A stretch of 64,000 bases of DNA from Nitrosopumilaceae archaeon (GTDB lineage: Archaea > Thermoproteota > Nitrososphaeria > Nitrososphaerales > Nitrosopumilaceae). Location of the stretch: the NCBI GenBank assembly GCA_965207375.1, contig OZ242274.1, positions 960,001 to 1,024,000 on the forward strand, written 5' to 3'. Below the pieces are notes generated by a model. The model was not told the origin of the DNA and made no database searches. It was given only the letters and a program-made list of their open reading frames with translations. Of this stretch, positions 10,641 to 20,879 are shown one piece after another (position 1 is the first letter of the stretch; the number at the start of each line of letters is the position of its first letter). The translations under genes and the position numbers were made by a program.

Positions 10641-12794
10641 TTATTTTAAAATAAACTGTGCGGTGGATGAATCAAATGCATCTGATGCAATAACTGTATA
10701 TGTTCCAGGCGACAGATCCCTTGGAATCGGCCATGGCTGCCTTATTACTCCTGCATCAGTAGCTTGAAATGTCAATTCATCTATCTCTTTTGATTCTGAA
10801 TCAAGAATTAGAATTTTTACCGTGTTTTGTGCACCTGTTACCCTGAGATTAACTACGTCTTTTCCTATCTCTGGAACGTCTTTGATTCCCTCTATTGTAA
10901 GTACCATGCCTTCTTGCACCGTGGCTATGACGTCTAATTCTGTAGTGTCAAAATTAGACCCACTTGTAGCCTTGACTTGCCACGCGCCTGAAATTCCATC
11001 TGAGGGTACTCTAAATGATCCTTCTGTTATCCTTCCATTCTTGTCTGTAAATGTCTCTTTTTCTTTTACGACCTCTCCATTTGGATTAATTAGTTGTAAA
11101 GTTATCAGTACGTTTGGATTTGTCTGACCCAATACTAGTATTGGATCATTTATTTCGTATGTGTCTTTTGTTGTTCCTATGTTGATTTCGCCGGAGCCTA
11201 TCTTCAATCCTACCGAGAATTTTTCACTAGTTTTTGTATTTGCTCTGCTTAGTATTATGTCGTATACTCCTGAAGCATACTTGTCCAAATCTAATTTGTA
11301 TTCTAATTTTCCATCCTGTTGCAAAACCACGCTACCTGAGAATTTCGCATTATCTGACGAATCTATTATGAACAATCCTAGTGTGGCCCCTGCAGGGCCG
11401 TCAATGTGTATGTTGGCAATATCTGATCTTTTATAATTTAATTTGTCTAGTTTAATTACGATGTGTTCTCGTGGCAGCTCTCCAAGACCTGTCAGCAATA
11501 TTTCCGTACTTTCACGCTGTGTTGCAAATAAAACATATGTTCCCTCCTGTGTTGATTGTTCTGTTTGATATCTAAATTCAACGTTTCCTGATTTGTTTAC
11601 TTGGATTATGTCTGAAAATATTTCCACTCCCTGTGGATTTTCTAAAACAAATTCGATTGGTTCCTCAGGAATTGCAGTACCGTTGAATATCATCAAATCC
11701 CCTGGTTCATATTTTAGCGTAGTTGGCGCCATCTCGATAATTTTTGATGATTCTACCTCCCAAGACGCATCTATATTTTCACTTCCATCTGTAATTATTG
11801 CGGTGTATTTGCCGTATGGGGCATCTTGCGGAACTATTGTTGAAAATTCCCACACTCCTTCCATATTTACAGGTCTAGGCTCGGTTGTAATGATGTCTCC
11901 TAATGGATCTAAAATTTGTGCCGTAATTGTACTTCCGGGCATGGCAGTTCCTGCAATATTTAGTGCATCTCCTCGATGTATGATATCTGGCAAACCTTTC
12001 ATTGTAAGCGGGATTATCTCTTCTGTAGTTATTCTGCTTTCCTTTTCATTAATTCTTAGACTGATCATTTTTTCATTATTGCTGGAATCTTTTACTTGGA
12101 AATTTATTCTGGAAGGTGCTAGGTTATCTGGAATCTTGCTTGTGATTACAAAATTGCCTTTTGAATTTGTCTCAAAAGATAACGCATTTGTCCCATCTAT
12201 GTAGAAATCCAATGCCACATTGGGTGCAAAATCTGTTCCAACTACTCTGATGGCGTCTCCTACCTTTGGTTTGTCTGGAATTATTCTAAATGATGATGCT
12301 TCTGTAATTGCATCCTGCTCTTCTTTGATGTCCTCTTTTGGAGGTGTTTCTATTTTTGGTGGCACCACATCAGGTTCTGCTGATTGCACTGTTCCTATTC
12401 CAATTTGATTTTCATCACTGTCTAGTGCCTTCCAATTTATCTTTGGATTTGCCGTGTCTGTTTTTATTCCAAATTTTACAGTTTCTTCTGGGTCTATTGG
12501 AGTAGATGCCGTAAATATGATTACTCCTATGGAGTTTTGCTTTCCTGTCCAGCCCTGCTCATTTTTGAAAGATTCAACTTTTACATCCTGAGCTAGCCAA
12601 ATTCTTACCTGATTAATTTTTTTATCTGACTCGTTTTCTAATTCTATAATTGTAGTTTTATCAAATGTGGTACTTTGGACATTTATCGCAGTCTGTGCAC
12701 CTGCCTCCATCAGCAAGGGTGTAGAAATCAAAGATATGATCAACAATAATGTTAATGCTGTACTTCTTGTCTGCATGTTAAATTTCATTTTCAT
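10641..12794 (-). CDS. Large secreted/surface protein with repeated Ig-like beta domains
   Basis: Signal peptide; repeated 'Y.PGD...GT' and 'G.Y.I' beta-sandwich units. Confidence 0.8.
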   Translation of the reverse strand: MKMKFNMQTRSTALTLLLIISLISTPLLMEAGAQTAINVQSTTFDKTTIIELENESDKKINQVRIWLAQDVKVESFKNEQGWTGKQNSIGVIIFTASTPIDPEETVKFGIKTDTANPKINWKALDSDENQIGIGTVQSAEPDVVPPKIETPPKEDIKEEQDAITEASSFRIIPDKPKVGDAIRVVGTDFAPNVALDFYIDGTNALSFETNSKGNFVITSKIPDNLAPSRINFQVKDSSNNEKMISLRINEKESRITTEEIIPLTMKGLPDIIHRGDALNIAGTAMPGSTITAQILDPLGDIITTEPRPVNMEGVWEFSTIVPQDAPYGKYTAIITDGSENIDASWEVESSKIIEMAPTTLKYEPGDLMIFNGTAIPEEPIEFVLENPQGVEIFSDIIQVNKSGNVEFRYQTEQSTQEGTYVLFATQRESTEILLTGLGELPREHIVIKLDKLNYKRSDIANIHIDGPAGATLGLFIIDSSDNAKFSGSVVLQQDGKLEYKLDLDKYASGVYDIILSRANTKTSEKFSVGLKIGSGEINIGTTKDTYEINDPILVLGQTNPNVLITLQLINPNGEVVKEKETFTDKNGRITEGSFRVPSDGISGAWQVKATSGSNFDTTELDVIATVQEGMVLTIEGIKDVPEIGKDVVNLRVTGAQNTVKILILDSESKEIDELTFQATDAGVIRQPWPIPRDLSPGTYTVIASDAFDSSTAQFILK

Positions 12795-12876
12795 AGCCTA
12801 TACACCTTGTCTGATTCCTAAATTGTTTTTGTACTGTTTGTATTTTTTAGTTGTGTTTCTAACTAGTATCATATCT

Positions 12877-14976
12877 TTAATCATTCCTATTTTTTGGCTT
12901 TTTATTAATCTCCTCTATTTTATCTGTGTTATTTTCGTACTGTCTGATTCTTTCTGCAATCAATCTATACAATGATCTAAATCGATCCTTGGTTTTATCG
13001 GACAAAAAGTCTGTTTGCTCTAGTGCTATTTTTTCACAGATATACCTTGTGATTTCATCTTTTTCAAATTTGCCCCATTCGTCCTCATAATGCTCATCCC
13101 AAATTTCTTTAAGATTTTCTAAAACTCCTCTGTTATTTTTTGACAGTACTTCCTCTTCTGTAAGCTTGGTGTATCCCTCTGCACGTAATTTGATTTCATA
13201 TGTTTGATTGACTGCATGAAGGTAGTCCTCTAAAATAATATAGTCTTCTATGGACTCTAACGTTTTTCCATCCCTTTCAAAAAATATCGTCTGTGCCTGT
13301 GAAAATGAATTTGCCTCTAGCTGTGCCGATATCTGCCGTGACTCATCTGTATTGTCTAATAAAACAAATGTCCTGTATCCGTGTTTTTTGTAGAAAATTG
13401 CTAATGGCAATACTGAATTTTTACTGTGCGCCGTTACCACATTTAAGGGATTCATAGATATGTTGGGATCTTGTAGGAATTTGTCAAAGGCATTTAGGTA
13501 CATCGAGTCTGACATTGTTTCTACTATGATGACTGGTCTAGAATTTGTTCCTATTTCTCTATCTGTTATAGATTCTACTATTCCGCGTGATAACCCATAC
13601 AGAATAGGAGTTAATGTCTTATCATCTGCATTCCAATAGTCGTAAAATATTCTACTGAGGTGTTTTCGTTTGTCTAATTCTACTACTAGCAGATTACCCG
13701 GCGTATAGTCAAATATCATAAACGGTGAGTGTGTTGCATACAGTACCTGATTGGATCCTGCTAGATTTCTTAACAAATCTGAAATTCCCATCTGTTGTGT
13801 AGGATGAAGATTTCGTGCAGGTTCATCTAATAATAAAATAGCCTCTTTTAATTCGGCTCTTTGCGTTTCGGCTGCAAAGTTTACAATAAATGAAAATGTC
13901 CATTTGAATCCTTCTGCTCTTCTGTTTAGCAAACCTGTGTTTGTGACTGTTCCGTCCCTATGTACATCAGAAATCACAACACTCATGATGTTTCCTGGAT
14001 TGTATCTCAAATCAACGTGAATAGGATCTCCCTTCCATGCAGGATTTAATTTGCTTGTTAATCTATTGCTTGCAGTGTGCAAATATTTGATCATTTTAGA
14101 TGGACTATCTTCTAACTCTTCTAACTCTTCTACGTTTAATTCTGCCAAATAGCACAGATTTCTTACAGTCTCTGCCTTGTCAAACTCTTCTACAAATTCT
14201 ATTGTGTTAGTCCGCCGTCCGGTCGTATCTCTTGCAAATTCATTGAGATTGATATTGCCATAGATTTTTTTATAATCTGAAAAGTATACAAATCTTGGAT
14301 GAATTTCTTCTTCAATAAAATTCTCTAGCATATTTCTTTCTGTTTTTCCACTAAGTAATCTTGGGAATTGACTTTCAGGATCTCGATAAATTTTCTCCCA
14401 TTCTGCAACTACTTGAGGATCTTGCATCGCTACTACGTGGAACCTATTGTTAAATTCTGCCATACCTTCATCAAAAATGTCCTTTGTTTTCGGTGGAGAT
14501 CCTTCAAAAAATCCTGCATCTAGCTGAATTTTTAGATGATTTGGAATAGTATCTACAAACTCTTTGATTTTTTTACAAAAATTCTCCCAAGAATTAAGTG
14601 CAGAATTTTCTGCCTCACTTACTTCTATGTCTGTAAATTCGTATTGCACCTTTGGATTTTTGTTAGTTCTAAATAGTTTCAAAGTCTTAATTTCTGGTAC
14701 CTTTGGGAATTTATCCTTGATTATACTAATCTCATTTTCATTTAGGTCAAACTCACCTTCTGCTAATCTAATTTCCTGTTTTAACTCATCTGCCATTTCA
14801 TCACACAAGTCAAGTTCTGAGACTTTTTCATCTTTATTTAACAAGGTTAACGCTTGCAAAATTGTGGTTTTTCCACTTTCATTGCGACCTACAAAAGCAG
14901 CAAGATCTCCAACATTAATTTCGCCAGAGTCATGAATGCATCTGTATGCTCTAACTCTGAATTTTCTGAGTCGCAT
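12877..14976 (-). CDS. OLD-family-like ABC ATPase with C-terminal TOPRIM-like domain
   Basis: Walker A GRNESGKT, Walker B LLLDEP, H-loop ATHSP; TOPRIM-like IIVE...D and LLDNTD. Confidence 0.8.
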   Translation of the reverse strand: MRLRKFRVRAYRCIHDSGEINVGDLAAFVGRNESGKTTILQALTLLNKDEKVSELDLCDEMADELKQEIRLAEGEFDLNENEISIIKDKFPKVPEIKTLKLFRTNKNPKVQYEFTDIEVSEAENSALNSWENFCKKIKEFVDTIPNHLKIQLDAGFFEGSPPKTKDIFDEGMAEFNNRFHVVAMQDPQVVAEWEKIYRDPESQFPRLLSGKTERNMLENFIEEEIHPRFVYFSDYKKIYGNINLNEFARDTTGRRTNTIEFVEEFDKAETVRNLCYLAELNVEELEELEDSPSKMIKYLHTASNRLTSKLNPAWKGDPIHVDLRYNPGNIMSVVISDVHRDGTVTNTGLLNRRAEGFKWTFSFIVNFAAETQRAELKEAILLLDEPARNLHPTQQMGISDLLRNLAGSNQVLYATHSPFMIFDYTPGNLLVVELDKRKHLSRIFYDYWNADDKTLTPILYGLSRGIVESITDREIGTNSRPVIIVETMSDSMYLNAFDKFLQDPNISMNPLNVVTAHSKNSVLPLAIFYKKHGYRTFVLLDNTDESRQISAQLEANSFSQAQTIFFERDGKTLESIEDYIILEDYLHAVNQTYEIKLRAEGYTKLTEEEVLSKNNRGVLENLKEIWDEHYEDEWGKFEKDEITRYICEKIALEQTDFLSDKTKDRFRSLYRLIAERIRQYENNTDKIEEINKKPKNRND

Positions 14977-15096
14977 CTAGCGATAATTGGATGGCTGCGA
15001 TTTAACTCATTCGTCACAATAATATGTCACAAGTAATCGAATTGTTCAACAGTAATTTAACAAATAGATATATGGGTTTAGTCAACCAAAACTAAA

Positions 15097-15342
15097 ATGG
15101 CACGTAAAACAGCATATCTTGTATTTTTGTTACCTGTCATAATTTCAGTACCTGTGGCAGCATATGTGTTAATGGATATTTTAGAGCAGCCAGATAGAGA
15201 ACTTGACATGTGGCCAATCGGCAGTGGAACCGGTCATGGTATCTCTGATCTTGTAAATATGTACGTATTTAATTTTAATATCTATGACAATTATTTAGAT
15301 AACAAGCAAACTAATTACAAATTAGTTTCAAACATGAAATGA
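15097..15342 (+). CDS. Membrane-anchored hypothetical protein, possibly truncated
   Basis: N-terminal TM helix; C-terminal third is AT-rich and noncoding-like. Confidence 0.5.
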   Translation: MARKTAYLVFLLPVIISVPVAAYVLMDILEQPDRELDMWPIGSGTGHGISDLVNMYVFNFNIYDNYLDNKQTNYKLVSNMK

Positions 15343-15354
15343 GTTGGTGATATT

Positions 15355-16251
15355 ATGGCAAAAAAAGATCAGTTAGCTAAACAGGCAGAACAAATCAAAA
15401 AAGAAATAGAGGAACTTAAACAAGATACAAGATCATTGAAAAAACCTACTAAAACACCCAAAAAAACCCCACCAAAAAAAGAATCTAAAGCTCAACCAAA
15501 AAAAGACACCCCACCAAAAAAAGAATCTAAAGCTCAACCAAAAAAAGACACCCCACCAAAAAAAGAATCTAAAGCTCAACCAAAAAAAGACACCCCACCA
15601 AAAAAAGACACCCCACCAAAAAAAGAACCAAAAGCTAAACCAAAAAAAGAATCTAAAGCTCAACCAAAAAAAGAACCAAAAAAAGACATTACTAAAACAC
15701 CCAAAAGAACCCAACCAAAAAAGAAAGCCAAAGTACAACCAAAAAAGAAACCTCTTACAAAAGCCGAGCTTAAAAAAATAGCCGAACAAGAGGCAGCAGC
15801 CAAAAAGGAGGCAGAAAGAACACTAGAGGAAGAATTAGAAGAACAATTAACAGAAGAGGAAATCGAAAACTTTCAAATTGAAAAAATGGACATGGAAAAA
15901 CTTATCAATAAAGTCAGTGAGATTGTCGCAACCTTTGAATTGGAAGGAATGATGCAAAGTGACCTGTGGAAGAAACTAAAGTTGTCAAACAGGGATGGCT
16001 CTCGACTTGCACTAAAACTAGAACGCATGGGAATTATCTCTAGAGAAAAAATACTAGAAAAAGGTAGATGGACTTACAAATTAATCATCAAAAAAACACC
16101 AATCAGTACACAGTCAATTGAAAAGGCACCGTGCCTTGTATGTCCTGTAGTACAAAAGTGTACAGCAGATGGCGAAATCAGCCCACGTAATTGTCAACTC
16201 ATAGAAGATTGGGTTTTGGTAGAACTGAAAAAGCCAAAGAAGGCACCATGA
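15355..16251 (+). CDS. Archaeal RPC34/TFE-beta-like protein with Lys/Pro-rich repeat N-terminus
   Basis: Winged helix (MQSDLWKKLKLSNRDGSRLALKLE) plus C-terminal PCLVC-x5-C-x10-C cluster motif. Confidence 0.75.
   Translation: MAKKDQLAKQAEQIKKEIEELKQDTRSLKKPTKTPKKTPPKKESKAQPKKDTPPKKESKAQPKKDTPPKKESKAQPKKDTPPKKDTPPKKEPKAKPKKESKAQPKKEPKKDITKTPKRTQPKKKAKVQPKKKPLTKAELKKIAEQEAAAKKEAERTLEEELEEQLTEEEIENFQIEKMDMEKLINKVSEIVATFELEGMMQSDLWKKLKLSNRDGSRLALKLERMGIISREKILEKGRWTYKLIIKKTPISTQSIEKAPCLVCPVVQKCTADGEISPRNCQLIEDWVLVELKKPKKAP
15466..15684 (+). repeat. Coding tandem repeat: 42-bp unit (DTPPKKESKAQPKK) about 3x plus partial units
   Basis: Repeated acacccaccaaaaaaagaatctaaagctcaaccaaaaaaag-type units read directly. 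Confidence 0.9.
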
Positions 16252-16847
16252 GACTACATGAGGCCCGTCGTGATCATTACAGACGTCTGGCACGAGAGCA
16301 GGGATTTCGCAGCAGAGCCGCATACAAACTAAAGGAATTAAACAAGGCCTATCGCCTCATTGGACCCGGGTTTTATGTATTGGATTTGGGATGTGCTCCG
16401 GGTGGGTGGACTCAGGTTGCTACAAAGCTAGTTGGAAACCAGGGCAAGGTTCTTGGAGTTGACAAATCATACGTTGAAGAAATCGAGGGTGCGCAATTTT
16501 TGCGTGAAGATATAGCAGACGAGAGCATATCTGATGAAGTTTTAGAGTATTTTGGCAAAAAAGTCAATGCCGTAATTTGCGACATGTCGCCTCAGGTAAC
16601 CGGAAATTGGTCCGTAGATCACGCCATTCAAATTTCATTAAACTATGACTGTGTCAAAATAATGGATAAGGTTCTAGGTTTTAAGGGAAATGCAGTTTTC
16701 AAAGTTTTTGATGGGCAATATTCTTCTGAATTTCGAGATTTTCTAAAAGGGAAATTTGTTAAAGTAAAACCTACAAAACCCCAAGCCAGCAGAAAACCTA
16801 GTAGCGAACTGTATTTTGTATGTCTAGGTTATCTGAATCAATCTTGA
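16248..16847 (+). CDS. rlmE: 23S rRNA (U2552-2'-O) methyltransferase RlmE/FtsJ
   Basis: RSRAAYKL, LDLGCAPGGW and ASRKPSSE motifs. Confidence 0.93.
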   Translation: MRLHEARRDHYRRLAREQGFRSRAAYKLKELNKAYRLIGPGFYVLDLGCAPGGWTQVATKLVGNQGKVLGVDKSYVEEIEGAQFLREDIADESISDEVLEYFGKKVNAVICDMSPQVTGNWSVDHAIQISLNYDCVKIMDKVLGFKGNAVFKVFDGQYSSEFRDFLKGKFVKVKPTKPQASRKPSSELYFVCLGYLNQS

Positions 16848-17974
16848 AAAACAGCTGTTACCTCTTTTATTGGCGCATCTGTCTTAAATGCTGTGGGATT
16901 AAACGATGTTGCAGTTGCTCTGAATCCCTTTTTTATCAATTCGTCTATGATGTAACGTAATTTTTTTGGAGTTTTTTTGACCTTTGATGCAATCTCATCT
17001 ATTGTGTAATATGTAGCAGGCATTTGAGCTTCTAAAACTGCCTTTGATAATACTTTGATGCATTTTTGATTCTTTTTATTTTCTGTTTCGGTATGCATAT
17101 CCTTTACAAATTTTTCATCAAATAATCTTCCAATCCATAACGGACCTGCCAATTCGACTTTGGAATTACAGTTATTGCATGTTTGTTGATATATTTTTAC
17201 TGTATGTCTGTTGTAGCAATTTTTACAATGTAAAATGTAACCCATATTTTCTTCCTGATCCGGCCTGTTTAAAATTTTCAGATAGACCCTGTAATAGTGC
17301 ATGTCACTTTCTGAAAATAATGGAATTATCTCTATGTCCATTCGTGCAGCAATATGCCTGATACATCCTAAAACCAATCTTATTGCGGTTTCATTTCCAT
17401 ACTCTGCACGTATAGGAATTCCGCCATAGCGTCTCATGCATGCATTTTGAAACAGTCCATTTAGCACCTGCAAATCGGTGGCCGTAATTGAAAGCATTCC
17501 TCCGTGTACGGTGGCACGTATGGCACAATCAATGAATCTTGCAGGTGAGCCAAACGGATCTATGTCAACAACTGATGCCCTTTGATTCTTTTTTGAGAAA
17601 TCACTGCAAAATCTACATGCTTCTTTTTCAAATATGTGAAAATTAGTCAAATTGTTTAATCTTGCAGATTTTTCTGCCAACTGTAACGCACTAGGATTAA
17701 GATCATTGATTATCACCTTTTCTATATCTACCTCGTTTGCTACTCGTAATCCTCTAGCGCCCAAGCCTGAAAGACAATCTAGAAAAATTTTTGGCCCCTG
17801 AAAATTTTTTAAAAACGCCGAATATGCCACAATTGAGAGATCCCTGTTCATTTGGGCCTTTGGATTAAAAAATGCAGGTTCTGTAGGCGGTGTTTTTTGC
17901 GTAACTGATCTTTTTGGAACAAGAATCCTAGTATCTCCTTCAACAATCTCAATAATTTCATATTCTTTTTGCAT
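16838..17974 (-). CDS. trm1: tRNA (guanine-26-N2)-dimethyltransferase
   Basis: FFNPKAQMNRD, GARGLR, DIDPFGSP and GPLWIG motifs; the ORF-track extension overlapping rnhB was trimmed. Confidence 0.93.
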   Translation of the reverse strand: MQKEYEIIEIVEGDTRILVPKRSVTQKTPPTEPAFFNPKAQMNRDLSIVAYSAFLKNFQGPKIFLDCLSGLGARGLRVANEVDIEKVIINDLNPSALQLAEKSARLNNLTNFHIFEKEACRFCSDFSKKNQRASVVDIDPFGSPARFIDCAIRATVHGGMLSITATDLQVLNGLFQNACMRRYGGIPIRAEYGNETAIRLVLGCIRHIAARMDIEIIPLFSESDMHYYRVYLKILNRPDQEENMGYILHCKNCYNRHTVKIYQQTCNNCNSKVELAGPLWIGRLFDEKFVKDMHTETENKKNQKCIKVLSKAVLEAQMPATYYTIDEIASKVKKTPKKLRYIIDELIKKGFRATATSFNPTAFKTDAPIKEVTAVFQD

Positions 17975-18029
17975 ACAAAATATTTTCATTTTATAACGGT
18001 TTAATACTTGCCGTATTTGCGATACACTT

Positions 18030-18647
18030 GTGCTAGTGTGCGGTGTAGATGAGGCAGGACGTGGTGCCATGCTTGGACCACTAGTTGTAGCTGGCGTCGC
18101 CATCTCAAAATCCAAAATCAAAAAACTTGCCTCTATGGGAATTAAAGATTCAAAACAACTGTCTCCCAAACAGCGTAACTTGTTGTACAAAAAAATTATA
18201 GAATTTGCAGATGATTACTATATATCCAAAATAAACCCCAAGACAATTGATCGTAGCGTAAACCGACATGAATTAAACAATCTAGAGGCAAAATACATGG
18301 CCAAAGTCATTTCAAAGCTTCATGCCGATATGTCTTTTGTTGATTCGTGTGATGTAAATCCAAAAAGATTCGGACGCAAAATATCTAGTTTGACTGGCAA
18401 CTCTAAGATACATTCGCATCATAAGGCTGATGCAAAATATGTCATAGTCTCGGCTGCCTCCATTATTGCAAAAGTCAGTCGTGATAAGGAAATCTTGCGC
18501 CTAAAAAAGAAACATGCAGTAGGAAGCGGATATCCTTCTGACTCTACAACAGTTCAATTTGTTAAATATTACATTGAAGAAAACAACTCTGTTCCAGATT
18601 TTGTAAGGCGCAGTTGGAAGCCGGTTCAAGCACTTCTTAACTCTTAG
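18030..18647 (+). CDS. rnhB: Ribonuclease HII
   Basis: GVDEAGRG, KDSKQL, AASIIAKV.RD and GSGYPSD motifs. Confidence 0.96.
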   Translation: MLVCGVDEAGRGAMLGPLVVAGVAISKSKIKKLASMGIKDSKQLSPKQRNLLYKKIIEFADDYYISKINPKTIDRSVNRHELNNLEAKYMAKVISKLHADMSFVDSCDVNPKRFGRKISSLTGNSKIHSHHKADAKYVIVSAASIIAKVSRDKEILRLKKKHAVGSGYPSDSTTVQFVKYYIEENNSVPDFVRRSWKPVQALLNS

Positions 18648-19308
18648 ATTTTGCTATAACTATTGCATGATCTTTGTCGTATGGATAAAGATCTATAGTT
18701 TGTAACACCTCGAAGCTATTTTTTAATTTTTTTATCTCCGATCTTATGATTTGGCTAGGGGATTTTGTAACATCAATACTTCTTGTTTTAATGATCAAAA
18801 ACAAAAACCCTTTATGTTTGAGAAGTCTTTTGCAATTTGTTATTGTAATTTCTGTTTGGTCTGGCTGTGCAATATCTGCATAAACAATGTCCACTTTGCC
18901 ATATACTGAAAAATATTCCTTAGGTCGTCGAGCATCTTGAATAATTGGAATCACATTTGAGCGATAACTTGCAACTCTGTCTAAAAGTTCTCTTGCTACC
19001 CTGCTTGCATGTTCAACTGCAAAAATAATCCCACCTGGACCCACAATATCTGATAGATGGCTAACTGTTGTACCTGTTGATGCGCCTAGATACAGCACCG
19101 TTGATTTTTCTACAAATGGAAAGTCGTCTAATCCGTTCATTATGGCAGCTGCCAGCTTGCTTCTAAATGGATCCCAGAGTCTGTATTCGACGTTTTTATT
19201 TTTGACTAGTTTTTCCTTGTACACCTGATTTCCTGGAATCAGATTCTGTGTTGCTATTTTTCTCTCCCCGTCTGAGCGTATCCAGAAAAAACTTTCAACG
19301 TCTTGCAA
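18637..19308 (-). CDS. flpA: Fibrillarin-like rRNA/tRNA 2'-O-methyltransferase
   Basis: WDPFRSKLAAA, LYLGASTGTT and DIAQPDQ motifs; TTG start chosen next to the nop5 stop. Confidence 0.93.
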   Translation of the reverse strand: MQDVESFFWIRSDGERKIATQNLIPGNQVYKEKLVKNKNVEYRLWDPFRSKLAAAIMNGLDDFPFVEKSTVLYLGASTGTTVSHLSDIVGPGGIIFAVEHASRVARELLDRVASYRSNVIPIIQDARRPKEYFSVYGKVDIVYADIAQPDQTEITITNCKRLLKHKGFLFLIIKTRSIDVTKSPSQIIRSEIKKLKNSFEVLQTIDLYPYDKDHAIVIAKSKS

Positions 19309-20707
19309 ATCTCTTTCTTCTTTTTCCTTTTGATCTTCCTTGATCCCTTGAGAACCTGTCCCTGCCTTTGTACTGTCTACTGTCTCTTGGGTGGCTATCT
19401 TTTGGCCTGTTTTTACTAAAGCAATTATTACACAAAACCGGCCTATCTTGATTGGGTCTAAATGGCAATTCACAATATGTGCCACATTCATTACATGTTG
19501 TACTAAACATTGGGCGTTTATTGTCTCTTGAGGGCCTGTCGTCTTTTCTGTATCTTGGACGCCTGTCATCAAACCGCTTGGGCTCTCGGTTTACAGGCTC
19601 ACTGTATTTTTCACCAATTTCCTCGACTCTGACATTTAATTTCTCAAGTAACGTTTCATTTAACCCAGCACCATATACGTCCACCCTTGCTGCAATTGCT
19701 GCCTTTGCTGCAACGGCCCTTGCAATCTTGCCTCTTTGCCATCTAGGAGCTGAATGAACCATTGCATGTTGAAACAGCAATCCGTGCTTTGGGGGCTGTG
19801 AACCAGTCTTTAATGCTCTAAACAGTGCCTTTTCTGCACCTAGAATTTGTATGGTACTTGCAGGCAACGATGCTAATTTCTGTAAACTTCCTGCTCTTGC
19901 TAATAGTCTTGCCCCCACTGCATTGCCTAAAATTGCAGACAGGTTTGGAGCAATAGTTTTCATTTGTTCTTCCAAATGATCTTCTAGATTTTTTCGCAAG
20001 TCATGCATTTCGATAATTTGTTTTGCCAAGCCTTGAATCATTGCTAAATTTTCTTTTGAAATATCGCCTCCCTTGCTTTTTTCTTGTATTAACTGCAGCA
20101 TTTCTACTTTGGATTCTGGAAATCCTGCATCTTCAAACACTTGTTTTGTTAAATTCTCTCTCTTTCCTGCCATCACAATTTGTGAATATCCGTTAATACT
20201 GTCAATTAGATTTTCTAACTCTGGAAAATGTAATCCGTACCATTCTCTTAACCTTGAACTTAGTCCATTTGCAATTCTGTCAATCTCGTCTAGTGAATTA
20301 ATTGCCTGAATTATGTGCAAATCCGGACTCTCTGAAATTTTCGTGACCTTACTTGATGATAATGATACTGCAAAGCTTCGAAGTTTCTCTAATGCATCTC
20401 TTGGATCGTTTACAAATCCTGCATCTGCTAACAATTGGGGTTTTGTTGATTGGATTTGTTCAGTCTGTACTTCATCCATTAATCGCACATCAATATCTTT
20501 TTTCTTTAGAATAAACAACAGAGATTCATCGCTTGTTGCAAAACCTACCTGTAATTCCTCTAAATATCTGACCAATTCGTTGGATACTCCCTCCTTGTTT
20601 TTGATTGCTAGGTACTGTCCTACCGTATCAGAAAACGGAAATGTCTTCAATACTTGGTCTCCCTCTGAGACAATAATTCCTAACTCTGTTAAAATTACAG
20701 AATGCAT
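19295..20707 (-). CDS. nop5: C/D box RNP protein Nop5 (Nop56/58) with a C-terminal CxxC-x17-CxxC domain
   Basis: LREWYGLHFPEL, PASTIQILGAEKALF and PKHG motifs. Confidence 0.93.
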   Translation of the reverse strand: MHSVILTELGIIVSEGDQVLKTFPFSDTVGQYLAIKNKEGVSNELVRYLEELQVGFATSDESLLFILKKKDIDVRLMDEVQTEQIQSTKPQLLADAGFVNDPRDALEKLRSFAVSLSSSKVTKISESPDLHIIQAINSLDEIDRIANGLSSRLREWYGLHFPELENLIDSINGYSQIVMAGKRENLTKQVFEDAGFPESKVEMLQLIQEKSKGGDISKENLAMIQGLAKQIIEMHDLRKNLEDHLEEQMKTIAPNLSAILGNAVGARLLARAGSLQKLASLPASTIQILGAEKALFRALKTGSQPPKHGLLFQHAMVHSAPRWQRGKIARAVAAKAAIAARVDVYGAGLNETLLEKLNVRVEEIGEKYSEPVNREPKRFDDRRPRYRKDDRPSRDNKRPMFSTTCNECGTYCELPFRPNQDRPVLCNNCFSKNRPKDSHPRDSRQYKGRDRFSRDQGRSKGKRRKRFARR

Positions 20708-20879
20708 GGTAGTAGAAGATTAAGAGACCATTAAAAAAGGTATTATCTTTAAGACTCCACCCGAGTTTATGGCAGATATTTTTTGTGCCCAAAATCCACC
20801 AGAGGCGGCATTATCTACAGATTAATTGATGTGGATTTAAAATCAACTGTTATATTCGAAAGTACGCCAACAATTAAGA

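Noticed and set aside
10822-12408. Several long plus-strand ORFs (for example 11593-12204)
   Set aside because: Antisense shadows of the 717-aa surface protein gene
15466-15684. Repeats as a possible CRISPR array
   Set aside because: Head-to-tail in-frame coding repeats with no unique spacers and no cas genes
15433-15789. W/F/G-rich antisense ORF that looks like a repetitive membrane peptide
   Set aside because: It is the reverse-strand shadow of the Lys/Pro repeat in 15355-16251
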